From assembly GCA_964016885.1 (NCBI GenBank), contig OZ024743.1, forward strand, positions 374,170,001 through 374,234,000: a stretch of DNA of 64,000 nucleotides, given 5' to 3'. A program made the translations under genes and the position numbers. The DNA comes from Eledone cirrhosa. Its lineage: Eukaryota. The notes beneath the pieces are model-generated. The model did not search any database, had not been told where the DNA came from, and was given only the letters and a program-made list of their open reading frames with translations. Below, in pieces: positions 11,601 to 27,475 of this stretch. Position 1 is the first letter of the stretch. The number at the start of each line of letters is the position of its first letter.

Positions 11601-14600
11601 CAGAGAACAAAGTACTGACTTACTCTACATGTTTATAGCCAACACTTATTGCACTTTATGGTGCAGAGAACACGGTACTGCTGACTTACTCTACATGTTT
11701 ATAGCCAACACTTCTTGCACTTTAGGATGCAGAGAACACGGTACTACTGACTTACTCTACATGTTTATAGCCAACACTTGTTGCACTTTATGGTGCAGAG
11801 AACACGGTACTACTGACTTACTCTACATGTTTATAGCCAACACTTCTTGCACTTTAGGATGCAGAGAACACGGTACTACTGACTTACTCTACATGTTTAT
11901 AGCCAACACTTGTTGCACTTTATGGTGCAGAGAACACGGTACTACTGACTTACTCTACATGTTTATAGCCAACACTTGTTGCACTTTATGGTGCAGAGAA
12001 CACGGTACTACTGACTTACTCTACATGTTTATAGCCAACACTTGTTGCACTTTATGGTGCAGAGAACAAAGTACTACTGACTTACCCTATATGTTTATAG
12101 CCAACACGTGTTGCACTTTATGGTGCAGAGAACAAAGTACTACTGACTTACTCTACATGTTTATAGCCAACACTTGTTGCACTTTAGGATGCACAGAACA
12201 AAGTACTACTGACTTACTCTACATGTTTATAGCCAACACTTGTTGCACTTTATGGTGCAGAGAACACAGTACTACTGACTTACTCTACGTGTTTATAGCC
12301 AACACTTGTTGCACTTTAGGATGCAGAGAACATGGTACTACTGACTTACTCTACATGTTTATAGCCAACACTTGTTGCAGTTTATGGTGCAGAGAACAAA
12401 GTACTACTGACTTACTCTACATGTTTATAGCCAACACTTATTGCACCTATGTTGCACATAACAGTACTACTGACTTACACAACATGTTTATAGCCAACAC
12501 TTGTTGCACTATATGGTGCGGAGAACACGGTACTACTGACTTACTCTACATGTTTAGAGCCAACACTTGTTGCACTTTATGGTGCAGAGAACACGGTACT
12601 ACTGACTTACTCTACATGTTTATAGCCAACACTTGTTGCACCTATGTTGCACATAACACAGTACTACTGACTTACACTACATGTTTAGAGCCAACACTTG
12701 TTGCACTTTATGGTGCGGAGAACACGGTACTACTGACTTACTCTACATGTTTATAGCCAACACTTGTTGCACCTATGTTGCACATAACACAGTACTACTG
12801 ACTTACTCTACATGTTTATAGCCAACACTTGTTGCACCTATGTTGCACATAACGCAGTACTACTGACTTACACTACATGTTTAGAGCCAACACTTGTTGC
12901 ACTTTATGGTGCGGAGAACACGGTACTACTGACTTACTCTACATGTTTATAGCCAACACTTGTTGCACCTATGTTGCACATAACACAGTACTACTGACTT
13001 ACTCTACATGTTTATAGCCAACACTTGTTGCACCTATGTTGCACATAACGCAGTACTACTGACTTACACTACATGTTTAGAGCCAACACTTGTTGCACTT
13101 TATGGTGCAGAGAACACGGTACTACTGACTTACTCTACATGTTTATAGCCAACACTTGTTGCACCTATGTTGCACATAACACAGTACTACTGACTTACAC
13201 TACATGTTTAGAGCCAACACTTGTTGCACTTTAGGATGCAGAGAACACGGTACTGCTGACTTACTCTACATGTTTATAGCCAACACTTGTTGCACTTTAG
13301 GATGCAGAGAACACGGTACTGCTGACTTACTCTACATGTTTATAGCCAACACTTGTTGCACTTTATGGTGCAGAGAACACGGTACTACTGACTTACTCTA
13401 CATGTTTATAGCCAACACTTGTTGCACTTTAGGATGCAGAGAACACGGTACTGCTGACTTACTCTACATGTTTATAGCCAACACTTGTTGCACTTTATGG
13501 TGCAGAGAATACGGTACTACTGACTTACTCTACATGTTTATAACCAACACTTGTTGCACCTTATGGTGCAGAGAACACGGCACTACTGACTTACTCTACA
13601 TGTTTATAGCCAACACTTGTTGCACTTTAGGATGCAGAGAACACGGTACTACTGACTTACTCTACATGTTTATAGCCAAAACTTGTTGCACTTTATGGTG
13701 CAGAGAACACGGTACTGCTGACTTACTCTACATGTTTATAGCCAACACTTGTTGCACTTTAGGATGCAGAGAACACGGTACTACTGACTTACTCTACATG
13801 TTTATAGCCAACACTTGTTGCACTTTATGGTGCGGAGAACACGGTACTACTGACTTACTCTACATGTTTATAGCCAACACTTGTTGCACCTATGTTGCAC
13901 ATAACACAGTACTACTGACTTACTCTACATGTTTATAGCCAACACTTGTTGCACCTATGTTGCACATAACGCAGTACTACTGACTTACACTACATGTTTA
14001 GAGCCAACACTTGTTGCACTTTATGGTGCAGAGAACACGGTACTACTGACTTACTCTACATGTTTATAGCCAACACTTGTTGCACCTATGTTGCACATAA
14101 CACAGTACTACTGACTTACACTACATGTTTAGAGCCAACACTTGTTGCACTTTATGGTGCGGAGAACACGGTACTACTGACTTACTCTACATGTTTATAG
14201 CCAACACTTGTTGCACTTTAGGATGCAGAGAACACGGTACTGCTGACTTACTCTACATGTTTATAGCCAACACTTGTTGCACTTTAGGATGCAGAGAACA
14301 CGGTACTGCTGACTTACTCTACATGTTTATAGCCAACACTTGTTGCACTTTATGGTGCAGAGAACACGGTACTACTGACTTACTCTACATGTTTATAGCC
14401 AACACTTGTTGCACTTTAGGATGCAGAGAACACGGTACTGCTGACTTACTCTACATGTTTATAGCCAACACTTGTTGCACTTTATGGTGCAGAGAATACG
14501 GTACTACTGACTTACTCTACATGTTTATAACCAACACTTGTTGCACCTTATGGTGCAGAGAACACGGCACTACTGACTTACTCTACATGTTTATAGCCAA

Positions 14601-17600
14601 CACTTGTTGCACTTTAGGATGCAGAGAACACAGTACTACTGACTTACTCTACATGTTTATAGCCAAAATTTGTTGCACTTTATGGTGCAGAGAACACGGT
14701 ACTGCTGACTTACTCTACATGTTTATAGCCAACACTTGTTGCACTTTAGGATGCAGAGAACACGGTACTACTGACTTACTCTACATGTTTATAACCAACA
14801 CTTGTTGCACCTTATGGTGCAGAGAACACGGTATTACTGACTTACTCTACATGTTTATAGCCAACACTTATTGCACTTTATGGTGCAGAGAACACGGTAC
14901 TACTGACTTACTCTACATGTTTATAGCCAACACTTGTTGCACTTTAGGATGCAGAGAACACGGTACTACTGACTTACTCTACATGTTTATAGCGAACACT
15001 TGTTGCACTTTATGGTGCAGAGAACAAAGTACTGACTTACTCTACATGTTTATAGCCAACACTTGTTGCACTTTATGGTGCAGAGAACACGGTACTGCTG
15101 ACTTACTCTACATGTTTATAGCCAACACTTCTTGCACTTTAGGATGCAGAGAACACGGTACTACTGACTTACTCTACATGTTTATAGCCAACACTTGTTG
15201 CACTTTAGGATGCACAGAACACGGTACTACTGACTTACTCTACATGTTTATAGCCAACACTTGTTGCACTTTATGGTGCAGAGAACACGGTACTACTGAC
15301 TTACTCTACATGTTAATAGCCAACACTTGTTGCACTTTAGGATGCAGAGAACACGGTACTACTGACTTACACTAAATGTTTATAGCCAACACTTGTTGCA
15401 CTTTAGGATGCAGAGAACACGGTACTACTGACTTACTCTACATGTTTATAGCCAACACTTGTTGCACTTTATGGTGCAGAGAACACGGTACTACTGACTT
15501 ACTCTACATGTTTATAGCCAACACTTGTTGCACTTTATGGTGCAGAGAACACGGTACTACTGACTTACTCTACATGTTTATAGCCAACACTTGTTGCACT
15601 TTATGGTGCAGAGAAAACGGTACTACTGACTTACTCTACATGTTTATAGCGAACACTTGTTGCACTTTATGGTGCAGAGAACAAAGTACTGACTTACTCT
15701 ACATGTTTATAGCCAACACTTATTGCACTTTATGGTGCAGAGAACACGGTACTGCTGACTTACTCTACATGTTTATAGCCAACACTTCTTGCACTTTAGG
15801 ATGCAGAGAACACGGTACTACTGACTTACTCTACATGTTTATAGCCAACACTTGTTGCACTTTATGGTGCAGAGAACACGGTACTACTGACTTACTCTAC
15901 ATGTTTATAGCCAACACTTCTTGCACTTTAGGATGCAGAGAACACGGTACTACTGACTTACTCTACATGTTTATAGCCAACACTTGTTGCACTTTATGGT
16001 GCAGAGAACACGGTACTACTGACTTACTCTACATGTTTATAGCCAACACTTGTTGCACTTTATGGTGCAGAGAACACGGTACTACTGACTTACTCTACAT
16101 GTTTATAGCCAACACTTGTTGCACTTTATGGTGCAGAGAACAAAGTACTACTGACTTACCCTATATGTTTATAGCCAACACGTGTTGCACTTTATGGTGC
16201 AGAGAACAAAGTACTACTGACTTACTCTACATGTTTATAGCCAACACTTGTTGCACTTTAGGATGCACAGAACAAAGTACTACTGACTTACTCTACATGT
16301 TTATAGCCAACACTTGTTGCACTTTATGGTGCAGAGAACACAGTACTACTGACTTACTCTACGTGTTTATAGCCAACACTTGTTGCACTTTAGGATGCAG
16401 AGAACATGGTACTACTGACTTACTCTACATGTTTATAGCCAACACTTGTTGCAGTTTATGGTGCAGAGAACAAAGTACTACTGACTTACTCTACATGTTT
16501 ATAGCCAACACTTATTGCACCTATGTTGCACATAACAGTACTACTGACTTACACAACATGTTTATAGCCAACACTTGTTGCACTTTATGGTGCGGAGAAC
16601 ACGGTACTACTGACTTACTCTACATGTTTAGAGCCAACACTTGTTGCACTTTATGGTGCAGAGAACACGGTACTACTGACTTACTCTACATGTTTATAGC
16701 CAACACTTGTTGCACCTATGTTGCACATAACACAGTACTACTGACTTACACTACATGTTTAGAGCCAACACTTGTTGCACTTTATGGTGCGGAGAACACG
16801 GTACTACTGACTTACTCTACATGTTTATAGCCAACACTTGTTGCACCTATGTTGCACATAACACAGTACTACTGACTTACTCTACATGTTTATAGCCAAC
16901 ACTTGTTGCACCTATGTTGCACATAACGCAGTACTACTGACTTACACTACATGTTTAGAGCCAACACTTGTTGCACTTTATGGTGCGGAGAACACGGTAC
17001 TACTGACTTACTCTACATGTTTATAGCCAACACTTGTTGCACCTATGTTGCACATAACACAGTACTACTGACTTACTCTACATGTTTATAGCCAACACTT
17101 GTTGCACCTATGTTGCACATAACGCAGTACTACTGACTTACACTACATGTTTAGAGCCAACACTTGTTGCACTTTATGGTGCAGAGAACACGGTACTACT
17201 GACTTACTCTACATGTTTATAGCCAACACTTGTTGCACCTATGTTGCACATAACACAGTACTACTGACTTACACTACATGTTTAGAGCCAACACTTGTTG
17301 CACTTTAGGATGCAGAGAACACGGTACTGCTGACTTACTCTACATGTTTATAGCCAACACTTGTTGCACTTTAGGATGCAGAGAACACGGTACTGCTGAC
17401 TTACTCTACATGTTTATAGCCAACACTTGTTGCACTTTATGGTGCAGAGAACACGGTACTACTGACTTACTCTACATGTTTATAGCCAACACTTGTTGCA
17501 CTTTAGGATGCAGAGAACACGGTACTGCTGACTTACTCTACATGTTTATAGCCAACACTTGTTGCACTTTATGGTGCAGAGAATACGGTACTACTGACTT

Positions 17601-20600
17601 ACTCTACATGTTTATAACCAACACTTGTTGCACCTTATGGTGCAGAGAACACGGCACTACTGACTTACTCTACATGTTTATAGCCAACACTTGTTGCACT
17701 TTAGGATGCAGAGAACACGGTACTACTGACTTACTCTACATGTTTATAGCCAAAACTTGTTGCACTTTATGGTGCAGAGAACACGGTACTGCTGACTTAC
17801 TCTACATGTTTATAGCCAACACTTGTTGCACTTTAGGATGCAGAGAACACGGTACTACTGACTTACTCTACATGTTTATAACCAACACTTGTTGCACCTT
17901 ATGGTGCAGAGAACACGGTATTACTGACTTACTCTACATGTTTATAGCCAACACTTGTTGCACTTTATGGTGCAGAGAACACGGTACTACTGACTTACTC
18001 CACATGTTTATAGCCAACACTTGTTGCACTTTAGGATGCAGAGAACACGGTACTACTGACTTACTCTACATGTTTATAGCGAACACTTGTTGCACTTTAT
18101 GGTGCAGAGAACAAAGTACTGACTTACTCTACATGTTTATAGCCAACACTTATTGCACTTTATGGTGCAGAGAACACGGTACTGCTGACTTACTCTACAT
18201 GTTTATAGCCAACACTTCTTGCACTTTAGGATGCAGAGAACACGGTACTACTGACTTACTCTACATGTTTATAGCCAACACTTGTTGCACTTTATGGTGC
18301 AGAGAACACGGTACTACTGACTTACTCTACATGTTTATAGCCAACACTTCTTGCACTTTAGGATGCAGAGAACACGGTACTACTGACTTACTCTACATGT
18401 TTATAGCCAACACTTGTTGCACTTTATGGTGCAGAGAACACGGTACTACTGACTTACTCTACATGTTTATAGCCAACACTTGTTGCACTTTATGGTGCAG
18501 AGAACACGGTACTACTGACTTACTCTACATGTTTATAGCCAACACTTGTTGCACTTTATGGTGCAGAGAACAAAGTACTACTGACTTACCCTATATGTTT
18601 ATAGCCAACACGTGTTGCACTTTATGGTGCAGAGAACAAAGTACTACTGACTTACTCTACATGTTTATAGCCAACACTTGTTGCACTTTAGGATGCACAG
18701 AACAAAGTACTACTGACTTACTCTACATGTTTATAGCCAACACTTGTTGCACTTTATGGTGCAGAGAACACAGTACTACTGACTTACTCTACGTGTTTAT
18801 AGCCAACACTTGTTGCACTTTAGGATGCAGAGAACATGGTACTACTGACTTACTCTACATGTTTATAGCCAACACTTGTTGCAGTTTATGGTGCAGAGAA
18901 CAAAGTACTACTGACTTACTCTACATGTTTATAGCCAACACTTATTGCACCTATGTTGCACATAACAGTACTACTGACTTACACAACATGTTTATAGCCA
19001 ACACTTGTTGCACTTTATGGTGCGGAGAACACGGTACTACTGACTTACTCTACATGTTTAGAGCCAACACTTGTTGCACTTTATGGTGCAGAGAACACGG
19101 TACTACTGACTTACTCTACATGTTTATAGCCAACACTTGTTGCACCTATGTTGCACATAACACAGTACTACTGACTTACACTACATGTTTAGAGCCAACA
19201 CTTGTTGCACTTTATGGTGCGGAGAACACGGTACTACTGACTTACTCTACATGTTTATAGCCAACACTTGTTGCACCTATGTTGCACATAACACAGTACT
19301 ACTGACTTACTCTACATGTTTATAGCCAACACTTGTTGCACCTATGTTGCACATAACGCAGTACTACTGACTTACACTACATGTTTAGAGCCAACACTTG
19401 TTGCACTTTATGGTGCAGAGAACACGGTACTACTGACTTACTCTACATGTTTATAGCCAACACTTGTTGCACCTATGTTGCACATAACACAGTACTACTG
19501 ACTTACACTACATGTTTAGAGCCAACACTTGTTGCACTTTATGGTGCGGAGAACACGGTACTACTGACTTACTCTACATGTTTATAGCCAACACTTGTTG
19601 CACTTTAGGATGCAGAGAACACGGTACTGCTGACTTACTCTACATGTTTATAGCCAACACTTGTTGCACTTTAGGATGCAGAGAACACGGTACTGCTGAC
19701 TTACTCTACATGTTTATAGCCAACACTTGTTGCACTTTATGGTGCAGAGAACACGGTACTACTGACTTACTCTACATGTTTATAGCCAACACTTGTTGCA
19801 CTTTAGGATGCAGAGAACACGGTACTGCTGACTTACTCTACATGTTTATAGCCAACACTTGTTGCACTTTATGGTGCAGAGAATACGGTACTACTGACTT
19901 ACTCTACATGTTTATAACCAACACTTGTTGCACCTTATGGTGCAGAGAACACGGCACTACTGACTTACTCTACATGTTTATAGCCAACACTTGTTGCACT
20001 TTAGGATGCAGAGAACACAGTACTACTGACTTACTCTACATGTTTATAGCCAAAATTTGTTGCACTTTATGGTGCAGAGAACACGGTACTGCTGACTTAC
20101 TCTACATGTTTATAGCCAACACTTGTTGCACTTTAGGATGCAGAGAACACGGTACTACTGACTTACTCTACATGTTTATAACCAACACTTGTTGCACCTT
20201 ATGGTGCAGAGAACACGGTATTACTGACTTACTCTACATGTTTATAGCCAACACTTATTGCACTTTATGGTGCAGAGAACACGGTACTACTGACTTACTC
20301 TACATGTTTATAGCCAACACTTGTTGCACTTTAGGATGCAGAGAACACGGTACTACTGACTTACTCTACATGTTTATAGCGAACACTTGTTGCACTTTAT
20401 GGTGCAGAGAACAAAGTACTGACTTACTCTACATGTTTATAGCCAACACTTGTTGCACTTTATGGTGCAGAGAACACGGTACTGCTGACTTACTCTACAT
20501 GTTTATAGCCAACACTTCTTGCACTTTAGGATGCAGAGAACACGGTACTACTGACTTACTCTACATGTTTATAGCCAACACTTGTTGCACTTTAGGATGC

Positions 20601-23500
20601 ACAGAACACGGTACTACTGACTTACTCTACATGTTTATAGCCAACACTTGTTGCACTTTATGGTGCAGAGAACACGGTACTACTGACTTACTCTACATGT
20701 TAATAGCCAACACTTGTTGCACTTTAGGATGCAGAGAACACGGTACTACTGACTTACACTAAATGTTTATAGCCAACACTTGTTGCACTTTAGGATGCAG
20801 AGAACACGGTACTACTGACTTACTCTACATGTTTATAGCCAACACTTGTTGCACTTTATGGTGCAGAGAACACGGTACTACTGACTTACTCTACATGTTT
20901 ATAGCCAACACTTGTTGCACTTTATGGTGCAGAGAACACGGTACTACTGACTTACTCTACATGTTTATAGCCAACACTTGTTGCACTTTATGGTGCAGAG
21001 AAAACGGTACTACTGACTTACTCTACATGTTTATAGCCAACACTTGTTGCACTTTAGGATGCAGAGAACACGGTACTATTGACTTACTCTACATGTTTAT
21101 AGCCAACACTTGTTGCACTTTATAGTGCAGAGAACAAAGTACTACTGACTTACTCTACATGTTTATAGCCAACACTTGTTGCACTTTATTGTGCAGAGAA
21201 CAAAGTACTACTGACTTACTCTTCATGTTTATAGCCAACACTTGATGCACTTTATGGTGCAGAGAACAAAGTACTACTGACTTACTCTACATGTTTATAG
21301 CCAACACTTGTTACACTTTATGGTGCAGAGAACAAAGTACTACTGACTTACCCTATATGTTTATAGCCAACACGTGTTGCACTTTATGGTACAGAGAACA
21401 AAGTACTACTGACTTACTCTACATATTTATAGCCAACACTTGTTGCACTTTAGGATGCACAGAACAAAGTACTACTGACTTACTCTACATGTTTATAGCC
21501 AACACTTGTTGCACTTTATGGTGCAGAGAACACAGTACTACTGACTTACTCTACGTGTTTATAGCCAACACTTGTTGCACTTTAGGATGCAGAGAACACG
21601 GTACTACTGACTTACTCTACATGTTTATAGCCAACACTTGTTGCAGTTTATGGTGCAGAGAACAAAGTACTACTGACTTACTCTACATGTTTATAGCCAA
21701 CACTTTTGCACCTATGTGGCACATAACAGTACTACTGACTTACACAACATGTTTATAGCCAACACTTGTTGCACTATATGGTGCAGAGAACACGGTACTA
21801 CTGACTTACTCTACATGTTTAGAGCCAACACTTGTTGCACTTTATGGTGCAGAGAACACGGTACTACTGACTTACTCTACATGTTTATAGCCAACACTTG
21901 TTGCACCTATGTTGCACATAACACAGTACTACTGACTTACACTACATGTTTAGAGCCAACACTTGTTGCACTTTATGGTGCGGAGAACACGGTACTACTG
22001 ACTTACTCTACATGTTTATAGCCAACACTTGTTGCACCTATGTTGCACATAACACAGTACTACTGACTTACTCTACATGTTTATAGCCAACACTTGTTGC
22101 ACCTATGTTGCACATAACGCAGTACTACTGACTTACACTACATGTTTAGAGCCAACACTTGTTGCACTTTATGGTGCAGAGAACACGGTACTACTGACTT
22201 ACTCTACATGTTTATAGCCAACACTTGTTGCACCTATGTTGCACATAACACAGTACTACTGACTTACACTACATGTTTAGAGCCAACACTTGTTGCACTT
22301 TAGGATGCAGAGAACACGGTACTGCTGACTTACTCTACATGTTTATAGCCAACACTTGTTGCACTTTAGGATGCAGAGAACACGGTACTGCTGACTTACT
22401 CTACATGTTTATAGCCAACACTTGTTGCACTTTATGGTGCAGAGAACACGGTACTACTGACTTACTCTACATGTTTATAGCCAACACTTGTTGCACTTTA
22501 GGATGCAGAGAACACGGTACTGCTGACTTACTCTACATGTTTATAGCCAACACTTGTTGCACTTTATGGTGCAGAGAATACGGTACTACTGACTTACTCT
22601 ACATGTTTATAACCAACACTTGTTGCACCTTATGGTGCAGAGAACACGGCACTACTGACTTACTCTACATGTTTATAGCCAACACTTGTTGCACTTTAGG
22701 ATGCAGAGAACACGGTACTACTGACTTACTCTACATGTTTATAGCCAAAACTTGTTGCACTTTATGGTGCAGAGAACACGGTACTGCTGACTTACTCTAC
22801 ATGTTTATAGCCAACACTTGTTGCACTTTAGGATGCAGAGAACACGGTACTACTGACTTACTCTACATGTTTATAACCAACACTTGTTGCACCTTATGGT
22901 GCAGAGAACACGGTATTACTGACTTACTCTACATGTTTATAGCCAACACTTGTTGCACTTTATGGTGCAGAGAACACGGTACTACTGACTTACTCCACAT
23001 GTTTATAGCCAACACTTGTTGCACTTTAGGATGCAGAGAACACGGTACTACTGACTTACTCTACATGTTTATAGCGAACACTTGTTGCACTTTATGGTGC
23101 AGAGAACAAAGTACTGACTTACTCTACATGTTTATAGCCAACACTTATTGCACTTTATGGTGCAGAGAACACGGTACTGCTGACTTACTCTACATGTTTA
23201 TAGCCAACACTTCTTGCACTTTAGGATGCAGAGAACACGGTACTACTGACTTACTCTACATGTTTATAGCCAACACTTGTTGCACTTTATGGTGCAGAGA
23301 ACACGGTACTACTGACTTACTCTACATGTTTATAGCCAACACTTCTTGCACTTTAGGATGCAGAGAACACGGTACTACTGACTTACTCTACATGTTTATA
23401 GCCAACACTTGTTGCACTTTATGGTGCAGAGAACACGGTACTACTGACTTACTCTACATGTTTATAGCCAACACTTGTTGCACTTTATGGTGCAGAGAAC
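7050..23500 (+). repeat. Mosaic of duplicated monomer blocks, including about 7.1-12.0 kb repeated at about 18.6-23.5 kb (offset 11503/11499), with internal offsets of 2430, 4074, 5387 and 6504 bp
   Basis: Matching variant strings: ORF ends 7757/19260 (11503); starts 9264/20763, 9792/21291 and 10774/22273 (11499); 14125/19512 and 15376/20763 (5387); 10774/17278 (6504); 13204/17278 (4074); 10774/13204 (2430). Confidence 0.85.
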
Positions 23501-26500
23501 ACGGTACTACTGACTTACTCTACATGTTTATAGCCAACACTTGTTGCACTTTATGGTGCAGAGAAAACGGTACTACTGACTTACTCTACATGTTTATAGC
23601 CAACACTTGTTGCACTTTAGGATGCAGAGAACACGGTACTATTGACTTACTCTACATGTTTATAGCCAACACTTGTTGCACTTTATAGTGCAGAGAACAA
23701 AGTACTACTGACTTACTCTACATGTTTATAGCCAACACTTGTTGCACTTTATTGTGCAGAGAACAAAGTACTACTGACTTACTCTTCATGTTTATAGCCA
23801 ACACTTGATGCACTTTATGGTGCAGAGAACACAGTACTACTGACTTACTCTACATGTTTATAGCCAACACTTGTTGCACTTTAGGATGCAGAGAACACGG
23901 TACTACTGACTTACTCTACATGTATATAACCAACACTTGTTGCACCTTATGGTGCAGAGAACACGGTACTACTGACTTACTCTACATGTTTATAGCCAAC
24001 ACTTGTTGCACTTTATGGTGCAGAGAACACGGTACTACTGACTTACTCTACATGTTTATAGCCAACACTTGTTGCACTTTAGGATGCAGAGAACACGGTA
24101 CTACTGACTTACTCTACATGTTTATAGCCAACACTTGTTGCACTTTATGGTGCAGAGAACAAAGTACTGACTTACTCTACATGTTTATAGCCAACACTTG
24201 TTGCACTTTATGGTGCAGAGAACACGGTACTGCTGACTTACTCTACATGTTTATAGCCAACACTTGTTGCACTTTAGGATGCAGAGAACACGGTACTACT
24301 GACTTACTCTACATGTTTATAGCCAACACTTGTTGCACTTTATGGTGCAGAGAACACGGTACTACTGACTTACTCTACATGTTTATAGCCAACAATTGTT
24401 GCACTTTAGGATGCAGAGAACACGGTACTACTGACTTACTCTACATGTTTATAGCCAACACTTGTTGCACTTTATGGTGCAGAGAACACGGTACTACTGA
24501 CTTACTCTACATGTTTATAGCCAACACTTGTTGCACTTTATGGTGCAGAGAACACGGTACTACTGACTTACTCTACATGTTTATAGCCAACAATTGTTGC
24601 ACTTTAGGATGCAGAGAACACGGTACTACTGACTTACTCTACATGTTTATAGCCAACACTTGTTGCACTTTATGGTGCAGAGAACACGGTACTACTGACT
24701 TACTCTACATGTTTATAGCCAACAATTGTTGCACTTTAGGATGCAGAGAACACGGTACTACTGACTTACTCTACATGTTTATAGCCAACACTTGTTGCAC
24801 TTTATGGTGCAGAGAACAAAGTACTACTGACTTACTCTTCATGTTTATAGCCAACACTTGTTGCACTTTATGGTGCAGAGAACAAAGTACTACTGACTTA
24901 CTCTACATGTTTATAGCCAACACGTGTTGCACTTTATGGTGCAGAGAACAAAGTACTACTGACTTCCCTACATGTTTATAGCCAACAGTTGTTGCACTTT
25001 ATGGTGCAGAGAACATAGTACTACTGACTTACTCTACATGTTTATAGCCAACACTTGTTGCACTTTATGGTGCAGAGAACAAAGTACTACTGACTTACTC
25101 TTCATGTTTATAGCCAACACTTGTTGCACTTTATGGTGCAGAGAACACGGTACTACTGCCTTACTCTACATGTTTATAGCCAACACTTGTTGCACTTTAT
25201 GGTGCAGAGAACAAAGTACTACTGACTTACCCTATATGTTTATAGCCAACACTTGTTGCACTTTATGGTGGAGAGAACACGGTACTACTGACTTACTCTA
25301 CATGTTTATAGCCAACACTTGTTGCACTTTATGGTGCAGAGAACAAAGTACTACTGACTTACTCAACATGTTTATAGCCAACACTTGTTGCACTTTATGG
25401 TGCAGAGAACACGGTACTACTGACTTACTCTACATGTTTATAGCCAACACTTGTTGCACTTTATGGTGCAGAGAACACGGTACTGCTGACTTACTCTACA
25501 TGTTTATAGCAAACACTTGTTGCACTTTAGGATGCAGAGAACACGGTACTACTGACTTACTCTACATGTTTATAGCCAACACTTGTTGCAGTTTATGGTG
25601 CAGAGAACACGGTACTGCTGACTTACTCTACATGTTTATAGCCAACACTTGTTGCACTTTAGGATGCAGAGAACACGGTACTACTGACTTACTCTACATG
25701 TTTATAGCCAACACTTGTTGCAATTTAGGATGCAGAGAACACGGTACTACTGACTTACTCTACATGTTTATAGCCAACACTTGTTGCACTTTAGGATGCA
25801 GAGAACACGGTACTACTGACTTACTCTACATGTTTATAGCCAACACTTGTTGCACTTTATGGTGCAGAGAACACGGTACTGCTGACTTACTCTACATGTT
25901 TATAGCCAACACTTGTTGCACTTTAGGATGCAGAGAACACGGTACTGCTGACTTACTCTACATGTTTATAGCCAACACTTGTTGCACTTTAGGATGCAGA
26001 GAACACGGTACTACTGACTTACTCTACATGTTTATAGCCAACACTTGTTGCACTTTATGGTGCAGAGAATACGGTACTACTGACTTACTCTACATGTTTA
26101 TAGCCAACACTTTTTGCAATTTATGGTGCAGAGAACAAAGTACTACTGACTTCCCTACATGTTTATAGCCAACAGTTGTTGCACTTTATGGTGCAGAGAA
26201 CATTGTACTACTGACTTACTCTACATGTTTATAGCCAACACTTGTTGCACATTATGGTGCAGAGAACAAAGTACTACTGACTTACTCTTCATGTTTATAG
26301 CCAACACTTGTTGCACTTTATGGTGCAGAGAACACGGTACTACTGCCTTACTCTACATGTTTATAGCCAACACTTGTTGCACTTTATTGTGCAGAGAACA
26401 AAGTACTACTGACTTACTCTACATGTTTATAGCCAACACTTGTTGCACTTTATGGTGCAGAGAACAAAGTACTACTGACTTACTCTACATGTTTATAGCC

Positions 26501-27475
26501 AACACTTGTTGCACTTTATGGTGCAGAGAACACGGTACTACTGACTTACTCTACATGTTTATAGCCAACACTTGTTGCACTTTAGGATGCAGAGAACACG
26601 GTCCTACTGACTTACTCTACATGTTTATAGCCAACACTTGCTGCACTTTAGGATGCAGAGAACACGGTACTACTGACTTACTCTACATGTTTATAGCCAA
26701 CACTTGTTGCACTTTATGGTGCAGAGAATACGGTACTACTGACTTACTCTACATGTTTATAGCCAACACTTGTTGCACTTTATGGTGCAGAGAACACGGT
26801 ACTACTGACTTACTCTACATGTTTATAGCCAACACTTGTTGCACTTTAGGATGTAGAGAACACGGTACTACTGACTTACTCTACATGTTTATAGCCAACA
26901 CTTGTTGCACTTTATGGTGCAGAGAACACGGTACTACTGACTTACTCTACATGTTTATAGCCAACACTTGTTGCACTTTAGGATGCAGAGAACACGGTAC
27001 TACTGACTTACTCTACATGTTTATAGCCAACACTTGTTGCACTTTATGGTGCATAGAACAATGTACTGACTTACTCTACATGTTTATAGCCAACACTTGT
27101 TGCACTTTATGGTGCAGAGAACACGGTACTGCTGACTTACTCTACATGTTTATAGCCAACACTTCTTGCACTTTAGGATGCAGAGAACACGGTACTACTG
27201 ACTTACTCTACATGTTTATAGCCAACACTTGTTGCACTTTAGGATGCAGAGAACACGGTACTACTGACTTACTCTACATGTTTATAGCCAACACTTGTTG
27301 CACTTTATGGTGCAGAGAACACGGTACTACTGACTTACTCTACATGTTTATAGCCAACACTTGTTGCACTTTATGGTGCAGAGAACACGGTACTACTGAC
27401 TTACTCTACATGTTTATAGCCAACACTTGTTGCACTTTATGGTGCAGAGAACACGGTACTACTGACTTACTCTAC

